Assembly: GCA_044867525.1 (NCBI GenBank)
Contig: JBIOVB010000130.1
Location: forward strand, 1 to 62,081
Reading direction: 5' to 3'
DNA length: 62,081 nucleotides
Source: Acidimicrobiia bacterium
GTDB lineage: Bacteria; Actinomycetota; Acidimicrobiia; Spongiisociales; ZC4RG35
The notes below the pieces were generated by a model. That model had not been told where the DNA came from, ran no database searches, and saw only the letters and a program-made list of their open reading frames with translations. The position numbers were made by a program, and so were the translations under genes. Shown here piece after piece: positions 8,130-16,714 of this stretch; positions within the stretch are counted from its first letter, which is position 1; each line of letters opens with the position of its first letter.

Positions 8130-9689
8130 CTAGGCCCCGATCCGGGTTCGGGACTGCTCGCGTAGGTATTGGCGGAGATACCAGGGACCTCCGCCGCCGG
8201 TCCCGGAAGTGCCCGAGCCCTTCCACCCCCCGAACGATTGGATATTGGGCCAGGCCCCGGTCGTGGCGCCGGCCGCCCGGTTGACATAGGTCACTCCGGC
8301 CTGAATCCCCTGGAACCATCGATCGATCTCCGCCTCGTCGGTCGAGAACAAACCTGCGGTGAGCCCGAATTCGGAGTCGTTGGAGCGGCGCAACCCCTCA
8401 TCGAGTGACTCCACCGGTCCGACCGCCAGGAACGGCATGAACAGCTCTTCACCCCAGATCCATGAGTCGTAGGGTGCGGTGACCACGGTGGGTTGGACGA
8501 AGTTGCCCCGCTCGAAGTCGTCTCCGACCAGCACCTCACCACCGGCGAGCACGGTCCCCCCGGACGACCGGGTCTCATCCACCGCCTTCCGGAACCTCTC
8601 CACAACGCCAGGGTCGATCACGGGACCCATGTAGATCTCTCGCTGCAACGGGTTGCCCACGCTGAGATTCCCGGTCTTCTCCACCAGCCTGTCGACGAAT
8701 TCGTCGTAGACAGCTTCCTCCACGTACACCCGGGAAGCCGCAGAGCATTTCTGCCCGCTGAGCCCGAAAGCGCTGCGCACGACGCCGGTTGCCGCCTGAT
8801 CGAGGTCCGCGCTTGCGGTGACCACCACAGGGTTCTTGCCCCCCATCTCACAGATCACCGGCTTGGGCCGTTGCTCGTTGACCGTTCGATAGAGGTGCAT
8901 CCCCACGGGATACGACCCGGTGAAGGTGAGCCCATCGACGTCGGGATGATGGGCGAGGTAGTCACCGATCTTTGAGTCACCGGTCACGATGTGCAGAGCC
9001 CCGGGGGGCAGGCCTGCGTCCCTCATCACCGAGAAGAACTCGAGGGTCATGAGTGCTCCCTGACGAGACGGCTTGATCACCACCGTGTTCCCTGTGATCA
9101 GGGCGCCGATCGCGGGTCCGGCCGCAAGCGCCATCGGGAAGTTGAACGGGGAGATGACGACCCAGACGCCCCAGGGCCGGAGCACCGAGATGTTCTTCTC
9201 GTCTGGACTGAGGGCCTCGAGGGGGGTCACAAAGCCGCGGTGCTCGGTTATCTGTTTCGCGTAGTACCGGAAGAACTCGACGGTCTCCGCGATGTCACCC
9301 AGCGCCTCGAGGCGGTTCTTGCCGATCTCGTAGGCCATGTCGGCCGCCATTTCGAACGCACGGCTTTCCATGATGTCCGCGGCCTCGAGCATCAGGTCGC
9401 GGCGCCTCTCCCAGCCCCATGCATCCCACTCCGGAGCGAAAGACTTGGCCGCGGTCATCGCGTCGTCGACGTCAGACTCCTCGGCGAGTGAATATCGGCC
9501 AATCAGCACGGAGGAATCGATCGGGGAGCGCTCCTCGACAGTCTGATCCTTGACTCGCTCCTCACCGTCGATGTGGAGGGGATGGATTGCCCCCAAACGG
9601 TCCTGGGCCGAAGCCACCGCCTTCTCAAAGGAGCTGTTGAGCTCCTCGTTGTCTGCGGACATCGTGGCGTAGGTGATCTTCAGTGTCAT
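8130..9689 (-). CDS. Aldehyde dehydrogenase (P5C dehydrogenase-like)
   Basis: ISPFNFP, FTGS, EMGGKNP, GQKCSA, EELFMP, FGGWKGSG; start MTLKITYAT. Confidence 0.9.
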   Translation of the reverse strand: MTLKITYATMSADNEELNSSFEKAVASAQDRLGAIHPLHIDGEERVKDQTVEERSPIDSSVLIGRYSLAEESDVDDAMTAAKSFAPEWDAWGWERRRDLMLEAADIMESRAFEMAADMAYEIGKNRLEALGDIAETVEFFRYYAKQITEHRGFVTPLEALSPDEKNISVLRPWGVWVVISPFNFPMALAAGPAIGALITGNTVVIKPSRQGALMTLEFFSVMRDAGLPPGALHIVTGDSKIGDYLAHHPDVDGLTFTGSYPVGMHLYRTVNEQRPKPVICEMGGKNPVVVTASADLDQAATGVVRSAFGLSGQKCSAASRVYVEEAVYDEFVDRLVEKTGNLSVGNPLQREIYMGPVIDPGVVERFRKAVDETRSSGGTVLAGGEVLVGDDFERGNFVQPTVVTAPYDSWIWGEELFMPFLAVGPVESLDEGLRRSNDSEFGLTAGLFSTDEAEIDRWFQGIQAGVTYVNRAAGATTGAWPNIQSFGGWKGSGTSGTGGGGPWYLRQYLREQSRTRIGA

Positions 9690-9794
9690 GGCTCCAACCC
9701 GTGTCGAGTCGCGGGACTCCGACGATATCAAGAGTCCGCCAATGGGTCGCTGGACCGATGTCCTCTTCCCGCGCGGATGCCGATCAGCTTCTCC

Positions 9795-10373
9795 ATGAGC
9801 CTGACCACCAACGCTGCTGATACCACGCGCGGCCACTCGCTACGGGTTCATCGTCGCGTGGTCCGCATCGGCGCTACAGCGGCATGGTTCACGGCTGCCC
9901 TCTTCCTCCTGGCTGGGTTCTCACTTGGCGAGGCGGACCTCGTGCTCCAGGCGACCGGCCCGGCGATCGCAGCCGCAGTCATGACAGCCCAGATCCTGGT
10001 TCACAGGGAAGATGGCAGGGTGGCGCTGTGGATGTCGGCCGCGGTGATCGTGGTGGCACATACCGCTTTCGGCATCGAAGCCACACATCTTGCTGCGGCC
10101 GTGGCACTGGTCTTGGTGAGCTCGGTGTCGATGTTGTTCGTCGATCGGAGCCCGGTCTCCTTCGGCGTCGCCATGGGGCTTCTCCTCCTGATCACCCCTC
10201 AACTGTGGATGGACCAACCGAGTGCCGCCCTCTCCCTGGGGGCGGCGATGGGGATCGGTTTCGCACTGGTCTCGATGATCCTGACGACCGTGGTTGATGC
10301 TGCGACGGCCCCCGTCGGCAAGGGCGGGCCTGCGCTGTTCGAGCCAACGGGCTCACCGCACTCGGGCGTCTGA
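9795..10373 (+). CDS. Hypothetical membrane protein (about 6 TM)
   Basis: Consecutive hydrophobic helices; start uncertain. Confidence 0.65.
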   Translation: MSLTTNAADTTRGHSLRVHRRVVRIGATAAWFTAALFLLAGFSLGEADLVLQATGPAIAAAVMTAQILVHREDGRVALWMSAAVIVVAHTAFGIEATHLAAAVALVLVSSVSMLFVDRSPVSFGVAMGLLLLITPQLWMDQPSAALSLGAAMGIGFALVSMILTTVVDAATAPVGKGGPALFEPTGSPHSGV

Positions 10374-10425
10374 TCCTCACCCCGAGGTATCAAAACGGTC
10401 ATCGACAACTAGTGTCTCCTCCCGG

Positions 10426-11088
10426 ATGTCAGGGTCGTTGCCGCTCGTCTATTGGCCACTTCTTGTGCTCGGGGCCTACTTCGTGGGCTCAATCCCGTTC
10501 GCCCAGGTGCTGGCGCGGGTCAAGGGAATCGATCTGCGCGAGGCGGGGACCGGGAACGTAGGCGCCGGCAATCTGACCAAGGTTGCGGGGATGGGTTGGG
10601 GTCTCACCGCCGGGATCCTCGACGGGCTCAAGGGGCTCTTCCCCGTCTTGATCGCCAAGGAGATGGGTCTGGGCCCGGGTGCCGCCGGCATCGCCGGGCT
10701 GGCTGCAGTCGTCGGCCACAATTGGTCGATATTCATGAAGGGTCGCTCAGGGCGTGGCCTTGCCACATCGGTAGGGGTCATCACTGCCCTCGATCCCATC
10801 CTCTTGGTGTGGACCACCGGGTGGGCGGTCGCCGGTTGGAAGATTGGTGGGGGTGTGGCCGGATTCCTGGGTTGGGGCCTGCTCCCGATCGTGTCCGTGG
10901 CAATGGGGCGGCCACCAACCGAGTCTCTCTTCCTGCTGTTGCTTTCCACTGTGCTCATGGGACGGAGGGTCCAGGGCAACCCCGACAGTGAGCGTGGGCT
11001 GCGGCCGTCCCTGCGCAGAGCGGTCTTCGATGCTGATCCGGCGGACCACGACTTCCCACAGACGGCTGACGAGCCTCTGACCCCGTGA
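10426..11088 (+). CDS. plsY: Glycerol-3-phosphate acyltransferase PlsY family
   Basis: AYFVGSIPF, DLREAGTGNVGAGN, DGLKG, GHNWSIF, GRGLAT. Confidence 0.88.
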   Translation: MSGSLPLVYWPLLVLGAYFVGSIPFAQVLARVKGIDLREAGTGNVGAGNLTKVAGMGWGLTAGILDGLKGLFPVLIAKEMGLGPGAAGIAGLAAVVGHNWSIFMKGRSGRGLATSVGVITALDPILLVWTTGWAVAGWKIGGGVAGFLGWGLLPIVSVAMGRPPTESLFLLLLSTVLMGRRVQGNPDSERGLRPSLRRAVFDADPADHDFPQTADEPLTP

Positions 11089-12023
11089 GCCCCAAGCGGG
11101 TAGCCATCATCGCCGGGATCTCGGCGGCGATTTACATTGGCGTCGGGTACTTCGTCTTCAACAACTTCGAACTGCCGCCGATGAGTCCGGTGGCATGGGC
11201 CCTGGTGATCGGAGCGGCGGTTGTCCAGATCAGCGCCAAGTGGTTCTTCGGCCTGCTGTTCAAGGAGTCGGTGGAAGAGGCCGGAGGCAGTCTGCGGGCG
11301 TTCAGCGCCTTCCGGGGTGCCCTGGTCGGTGCCGGGGTGGCCCGTCTGATACCTGCTGGTGGGGCGATCACCCCGGTGGCCATGGCATGGACGGTCCGTG
11401 ACGAGGAAAAGAACAGCACCGGTGCTGCCATCCGCACCGTGCTCCTCAACTACGCGGCGCTACTGATCCTGACCGGAGTTGGTCTCTTGATCGCAAGGCC
11501 AACCGATGACGCCCGAGTCCTCTCGGTGAGTCTTGTGGTGCTAGCCCCGTTCGTTCTCATCGCCGGTCTCCTCACCATGTTTGGCTCGGGCAAGCTTGGC
11601 TCACTCTCCAAGTACCTGCCTCAGAAGGTCCGGAAGCGGCTGGACACATCGGTGATCGACCACCTTCCCGATCTCGAATCTCAGATCTACATCTGGGCAC
11701 GAGTGGTGTTGGAGGCCTCGGCACTCGGACTCGTGATGCACGCCTTCGGAATCGACGTCGGGGTATGGCAGGTGGCTGCTGTATTCGGGGTGTCCCAGCT
11801 TGCGGGCGGTCTTCCGGGGACGCCCGGTGGCCTCCTCGTCGCCGAGGGGAGCCTGGTCTTCATGTTGGCGGCGTATGGGTTCCCTGCCTCGACCACCGTG
11901 GCGCCGGTGTTGGTCTTCCGCATTGTCTCCTACTGGCTGCCGGCAGGTCTGAGCCTGCTCGCCGGAGGCTCCACCTTCCTCCAGTCGCCGGAGGCCAAGG
12001 AGGCTGCCGCCGAGGCAACCTGA
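11085..12023 (+). CDS. Lysylphosphatidylglycerol synthase TM / flippase-like (YbhN) protein
   Basis: TPGGLLVAEG, LVFRIVSYWLP; GTGA overlap with plsY. Confidence 0.85.
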   Translation: MSPKRVAIIAGISAAIYIGVGYFVFNNFELPPMSPVAWALVIGAAVVQISAKWFFGLLFKESVEEAGGSLRAFSAFRGALVGAGVARLIPAGGAITPVAMAWTVRDEEKNSTGAAIRTVLLNYAALLILTGVGLLIARPTDDARVLSVSLVVLAPFVLIAGLLTMFGSGKLGSLSKYLPQKVRKRLDTSVIDHLPDLESQIYIWARVVLEASALGLVMHAFGIDVGVWQVAAVFGVSQLAGGLPGTPGGLLVAEGSLVFMLAAYGFPASTTVAPVLVFRIVSYWLPAGLSLLAGGSTFLQSPEAKEAAAEAT

Positions 12024-12045
12024 GCGACCGGTTAGCCTCGCCTTC

Positions 12046-12492
12046 ATGGCAGAGGCCGTCACCTTCGACCTCCTGAACCAGGACGGGGAAACGGTCTCCT
12101 CCAAGGACTTCACCGGCCGTCGCCTGGTCATGTTCTTCTATCCGGCAGCGATGACTCCGGGCTGTACTTTGGAGTCGTGCAACTTCCGTGACAGCTACGA
12201 GGAGTTCACCGCCGCCGGCTACGACATCGTGGGGGTGAGCCCGGATTCTCCGGCGCGCAACGCCAAGTTCAAGGAGAAGGAAGGTCTCAACTTCGACCTG
12301 CTCTCGGACGAGGACCACGCCCTGGCCGAGGAGTTGGGAGCCTGGGGGGAGAAGAAGTTGTATGGGAAGACCCGGGAAGGCCTCATCCGTTCCACGTTCG
12401 TAATCGGTCCCAATGGCGGGATCGAGAAGGCCTATCGGAACGTCAAGGCCACCGGTCACGTGGAACGGGTCAAGCAAGACCTCTTGGGCTGA
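12046..12492 (+). CDS. bcp: Peroxiredoxin Bcp/PrxQ
   Basis: FYPAAMTPGCTLESCNFRD, GVSPD, RSTFVI. Confidence 0.93.
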   Translation: MAEAVTFDLLNQDGETVSSKDFTGRRLVMFFYPAAMTPGCTLESCNFRDSYEEFTAAGYDIVGVSPDSPARNAKFKEKEGLNFDLLSDEDHALAEELGAWGEKKLYGKTREGLIRSTFVIGPNGGIEKAYRNVKATGHVERVKQDLLG

Positions 12493-12507
12493 TTCTCGAT
12501 CCCTGCG

Positions 12508-13395
12508 TCAGTCGGAGGCGCCGATCTCGATCCCGGCCAGCTCTTCGAGAGCCTTGACCAGGGCGTGGTTCCCATCACCACCCAGGCCCCGTGTCTGGAG
12601 AGCCCTATAGAGCTGGAACACCAGAGCCGACCCTGGCAGCGGCACTCCAAGCTCGTCGGCGGCGTCGAGGATCAGTCGCAGGTCCTTTTGCTGGAGGTCG
12701 ATCGTGAATCCGGGCCGCCAGTCTCGCCGCAGCATCATCGGCCCCCGATTCGACAGCATCCAGGACCCGCCGGCACCACCCTCGATGGCCTGGATCGCAG
12801 CAGCCAGGTCGAGGTCGGCGGCCTCGCCAAGGAGCAGCGCCTCGGACACGGCGAGCTGGTTGAGGACCACGAGCACCTGATTCATCAGCTTCACGGCCTG
12901 TCCCGAGCCCGGTTCCTCCCCGACGTGGACCACCGATTTCGAGTAGGCGTCGAGGTAGGGGCGGACCTTGTCCACTGCGACCTCCGGCCCTCCGATCATG
13001 ACCGCCAGGGTGCCGTTGGTGGCTCCCTCCGAGCCCCCGGAGACCGGGGCGTCGAGCCAGAGGATGCCGAGCTCTGCCACTTGCTTGGCGAACTCCCTGG
13101 TGGCCCGGGGTGAGATCGTGGAGTGGTCGACGATGATCGCACCTTCGCCCAGGCCGTGGATGAGCCCGGACTCGCCGAACACGACCTCCTTCACGTCCGG
13201 AGTGTCCGACACGCAAATCATCACGATGTCGCACTGCTCCCCGAGATCACGGGGGTTGCTCGCCACATCACAGACCAGGTCGTTGGCCTTGTCCGGGGTC
13301 CGGTTCCACACGGTCACCGGATTCCCCGAGAACAGGAGGTTGGCAGCCATCTCGTGACCCATGGTCCCCAGGCCGATGAAACCGAGACGCGTCAT
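12508..13395 (-). CDS. 3-hydroxyisobutyrate dehydrogenase / tartronate semialdehyde reductase family
   Basis: GFIGLGTMG, DHSTISP, DAPVSGG, KLMNQ, KDL. Confidence 0.92.
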   Translation of the reverse strand: MTRLGFIGLGTMGHEMAANLLFSGNPVTVWNRTPDKANDLVCDVASNPRDLGEQCDIVMICVSDTPDVKEVVFGESGLIHGLGEGAIIVDHSTISPRATREFAKQVAELGILWLDAPVSGGSEGATNGTLAVMIGGPEVAVDKVRPYLDAYSKSVVHVGEEPGSGQAVKLMNQVLVVLNQLAVSEALLLGEAADLDLAAAIQAIEGGAGGSWMLSNRGPMMLRRDWRPGFTIDLQQKDLRLILDAADELGVPLPGSALVFQLYRALQTRGLGGDGNHALVKALEELAGIEIGASD

Positions 13396-13432
13396 GCTGC
13401 TGACAATAGGACTCTGCTAGACCCGCGGTGCC

Positions 13433-14641
13433 ATGCCTCACGACCGTCTCGACTCCGCCCTGGATGGCGAGGTCAGGGCGCTCCACGAGAGCGGGACAGG
13501 CAAGGGTGCGGAGCACGTGATCACCGGGATGATCCCTGCCAAAGGAAACCAAGGCCCTCGTCTCCGTCTCGCCGGTTCGGCTGTCGAGTTCCTGAGGATG
13601 AACTCCAACGGCTATTTGGGCCTGGCGATGCATCCTGCGGTGGTTGCTGCCGAGGAGTCGGCCACCAGGGAGTTCGGGGCCGGGCCGGGGGCGGTGCGCT
13701 TCATCTCCGGCACCTATCAACCCCACATCGACCTCGAGGCCCGGCTGGCAGCGTTTCACGGCAGGGAGGCGGCGATGATCTTCTCCTCCGCCTACGCCAC
13801 GGTGCTGTCGGTGCTCACCTCCCTGATCACACCGGAGACGGCGGTTCTCAGCGACGAGCTGAACCACAACTGCATCATCAACGCCCTGCGCATGGCGCGG
13901 CCGGCGAGCAGGGAGGTCTACCCACACCTCGACTTCGAAGGTCTCGATGCCGCGCTGGATCGGGTCAAAGGTGCAAGGCGGGCGGTGGTGGTAACCGATG
14001 GCGTGTTCTCGATGCGGGGCGATCACGCCGACCTGCGCGCGCTCCTCGAGGTGGCCCGGGGTCACGATTCCGACTTCCCCGAGAACGTGGTCGTGGTAGT
14101 GGACGACTCGCACGGGGTCGCCGCCTTCGGCACGATGGGGAGGGGTACCGAGGAAGTGACCGGCTCGGGCCCGGTCGATGTGCTGATCGGGACCCTTGGC
14201 AAGGGATTCGGGGTCAACGGCGGCTACGTAGTCGGCAGCGCTGTGTTGCTCTCGTATCTCAGGGAGAGGTCCCCGATGTACATCTACTCCAACCCGATCA
14301 CAGTCGGGGAGGCGGCGGCAGCGCACGCCGCGGTGGAGGTGGTCGACTCGGAGGAGGGCCGAAGATTGCTATCCCATCTGGCGGGGATGACTGTGAGGTT
14401 CGAGAGCGGCCTGGTCGGCCTCGGTCTGGAGACCATCCCCGGGCCGCATCCGGTGGTACCGCTCATGGTCCGGGACACCGATCGCACCTCCGCCCTGGTC
14501 GGTCGGCTCTTCGAGCAAGGGGTGCTCGCCACCGGGCTCAATTACCCGGTGGTGCCGAAGGGCGACGAGGAGATCCGCTTCCAGATCAACGCCGAGCACA
14601 CCGAGAGGGACATCGACCAGGTGTTGGAGATCTTGTCGTGA
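13433..14641 (+). CDS. PLP-dependent alpha-oxoamine synthase (glycine C-acetyltransferase/BioF family)
   Basis: NGYLGL, AVRFISGT, SDELNH, TDGVFSM, DDSHG, GTLGKGFG, YPVVP. Confidence 0.9.
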   Translation: MPHDRLDSALDGEVRALHESGTGKGAEHVITGMIPAKGNQGPRLRLAGSAVEFLRMNSNGYLGLAMHPAVVAAEESATREFGAGPGAVRFISGTYQPHIDLEARLAAFHGREAAMIFSSAYATVLSVLTSLITPETAVLSDELNHNCIINALRMARPASREVYPHLDFEGLDAALDRVKGARRAVVVTDGVFSMRGDHADLRALLEVARGHDSDFPENVVVVVDDSHGVAAFGTMGRGTEEVTGSGPVDVLIGTLGKGFGVNGGYVVGSAVLLSYLRERSPMYIYSNPITVGEAAAAHAAVEVVDSEEGRRLLSHLAGMTVRFESGLVGLGLETIPGPHPVVPLMVRDTDRTSALVGRLFEQGVLATGLNYPVVPKGDEEIRFQINAEHTERDIDQVLEILS

Positions 14642-14678
14642 TCCGGAACCAGGATCGGGCCGCCGACGTCGAACAGAG

Positions 14679-15974
14679 ATGAGGAAACGGGCCGCGCTGG
14701 TTGCCGGATTGATCCTGATCCTGGCCGCCTGCGCCCAGCCCATATCCTCCGAGTCCCCGGTCGCGACCACAATTCCCTCACCGCCGGTTTCGAATCTGCC
14801 GGCCACGCCTGACACGCCGCTCAGCTGCAATCAGATCCACGTCCCCTATGCGCCCGAGGATTGGTACGCCGATACCCCGATCTACGTCGGTGACGAGGCG
14901 CCCTGGGACGAGGTCCGCGCATTCGCGCAAGGTCTCGACGGCTTTCAGGACATGTGGTCCGATCGGGAGCACAACGGTTGGATTGGAGTCGGCTTCACAG
15001 GAGCCGATGTCGTAGCCCACCAAGCAACCTTGGAGACTGAATTTCCAGGTGTCGGAGTGGTGGCGGTAGAGATGCCGTACACCGAGGAGGAGCTCGAGGA
15101 ATTCGCCGGCCAGATCCGTTCTCGACTTCCGGAGGAAATGGACACGGCCGGGGTGTACGAGGTGCAGGGATATGTCGAGGTCTGGGTGGGACTGCTCACG
15201 GAGGAGAACGTGACCATTGCCACCGAGGTCATCGGGGACCTCCCGGCGTGCATCACGGGAAGAGACCCGGCCACTACCCCGGCACCCGGCCCTCAGCCGG
15301 CCGGCGGAGAAGGCTGGACCTACCTCCTCGAGGTCGACGCAATACCCGGGTCGGAGAGCTCGACGTTCGTCGAGGACGCTGCATCACTGGCGCTCGTTCT
15401 CGAGAAGCTCGGAGTAACCGGTGAACCCTCCCCCGTCGATTTCGAGCAGCAGGTCGTCCTGGTGTTGGTGCACGGGCACAGTGGGTCCTGCCCCGACACC
15501 CGTCTGGATGCGATCCTGGTCGAGGGCGACCTCGTGTATGCCGTCATCCCCACCATCACCGACCAGATGGCATGCACCGCCGACTGGAACCCTCGTACCT
15601 ACCTGGCCGCGGTGGATCGCAGCATCCTGCCCCCTCCACCGTTCCGGATCGAGACAACTGATCGGCCGGAACCGCCCCCACCGTTTCGCCAGGCGAGCCA
15701 TCGTCCGTACATCATCGAGCCCACCTTCCCCTGGTTTCTGATCCTCGATGTCGACTGTGGGGCCGACTACCTCGGGGAGATCAACGGAGTGCACTGGCAC
15801 CGGTCCGACGGTGGCTCCGGGATGCCGCCGGAGTGGGAAGCTGCCGCGGTGGATGGCCTCGTGGACCTGGATCTGATGATGACCGAGGGCCCGGCGCCGA
15901 CCCTCACCGCTTCGGCCGGCGGAGTGGAGATTCTCTACCTACCTGGTGCCGACCTCGGCGAGTACTGCGGCTAG
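14679..15974 (+). CDS. Hypothetical multi-module lipoprotein
   Basis: LAAC lipobox; GSCP and ACTAD Cys motifs; acidic. Confidence 0.75.
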   Translation: MRKRAALVAGLILILAACAQPISSESPVATTIPSPPVSNLPATPDTPLSCNQIHVPYAPEDWYADTPIYVGDEAPWDEVRAFAQGLDGFQDMWSDREHNGWIGVGFTGADVVAHQATLETEFPGVGVVAVEMPYTEEELEEFAGQIRSRLPEEMDTAGVYEVQGYVEVWVGLLTEENVTIATEVIGDLPACITGRDPATTPAPGPQPAGGEGWTYLLEVDAIPGSESSTFVEDAASLALVLEKLGVTGEPSPVDFEQQVVLVLVHGHSGSCPDTRLDAILVEGDLVYAVIPTITDQMACTADWNPRTYLAAVDRSILPPPPFRIETTDRPEPPPPFRQASHRPYIIEPTFPWFLILDVDCGADYLGEINGVHWHRSDGGSGMPPEWEAAAVDGLVDLDLMMTEGPAPTLTASAGGVEILYLPGADLGEYCG

Positions 15975-16666
15975 GCGGCGGCCTCGTCCAGCCAGGAATC
16001 GACGTCGTCGTAGCTGACGGCAAGCCCATTGAGGATCCTGCAGCCGGACGACCCGGCGGCGCGGAGGATGGCGAGCAGGATGTGCTCGGTCCCGATCGAT
16101 CGAGCGTTGCCACGGATCGCCTCCCGCAGCGAGAGCTCCAAGACCTTCTTGGCGTCTGTGGAGAACGGAATGTGGCCCTGCCTCGGCGCAGGCTCCCCCA
16201 CGGGGGTCATCGCCTCCAACACCCGCTGCCGGGTGACATCGAAACCGGCGAGCGCCTTGGCGGCCGGGGAGCTCTTGTCCTGGAGTAAGGCGAGAAGCAG
16301 GTGATCGGTCCCGATGTGGTCTTCCCCGCGATCCCGTGCGATCTCCTGGGTGGCTATCACCACAGCTCGCGCCTCGATGGCGAACCTGGTGAAGAGCCCT
16401 TTCCGGGACCGCCCCTTCACCCCAGTCTCGACAAAGCGCTTCTGTGCCGCCTGCTTACTGACACCGATGCTGGCTCCGATTTCCGCCCAGGAAGCGCCCG
16501 CCGTGCGGGCGGCTTCGACGAAATGGCCGACCAGGTCGTCTGCCATCGATGCGAATCGGTCGGCCAGCAACACCGCCTCGGTGAGTTGCTCCATGGGGTT
16601 GCCGGAGGGGTTTCGGCTTTCGACGAATTCGACGAGGTCCGACATTTCGAGGGGGTCTTTGCTCAT
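15971..16666 (-). CDS. HTH plus Clp N-terminal repeat domain protein
   Basis: GASWAEIGASIGVSKQAAQKRF HTH; RF..EAR, IGTDHLLLAL, IGTEHILLAIL Clp_N repeats; no AAA domain. Confidence 0.9.
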   Translation of the reverse strand: MSKDPLEMSDLVEFVESRNPSGNPMEQLTEAVLLADRFASMADDLVGHFVEAARTAGASWAEIGASIGVSKQAAQKRFVETGVKGRSRKGLFTRFAIEARAVVIATQEIARDRGEDHIGTDHLLLALLQDKSSPAAKALAGFDVTRQRVLEAMTPVGEPAPRQGHIPFSTDAKKVLELSLREAIRGNARSIGTEHILLAILRAAGSSGCRILNGLAVSYDDVDSWLDEAAA

Positions 16667-16670
16667 CTAC

Positions 16671-16714
16671 GTCAACCTAGGGTTGACGATTGCGTTTGTC
16701 AACCTGAAGTTGAC
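16671..16714. promoter_or_regulatory. Tandem palindromes GTCAAC-N5-GTTGAC overlapping a minus-strand TTGACA-N17-TAGGTT promoter
   Basis: Copies at 16671-16687 and 16698-16714; -35 at 16702-16697, -10 at 16679-16674, 7 nt before ATG 16666. Confidence 0.8.
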
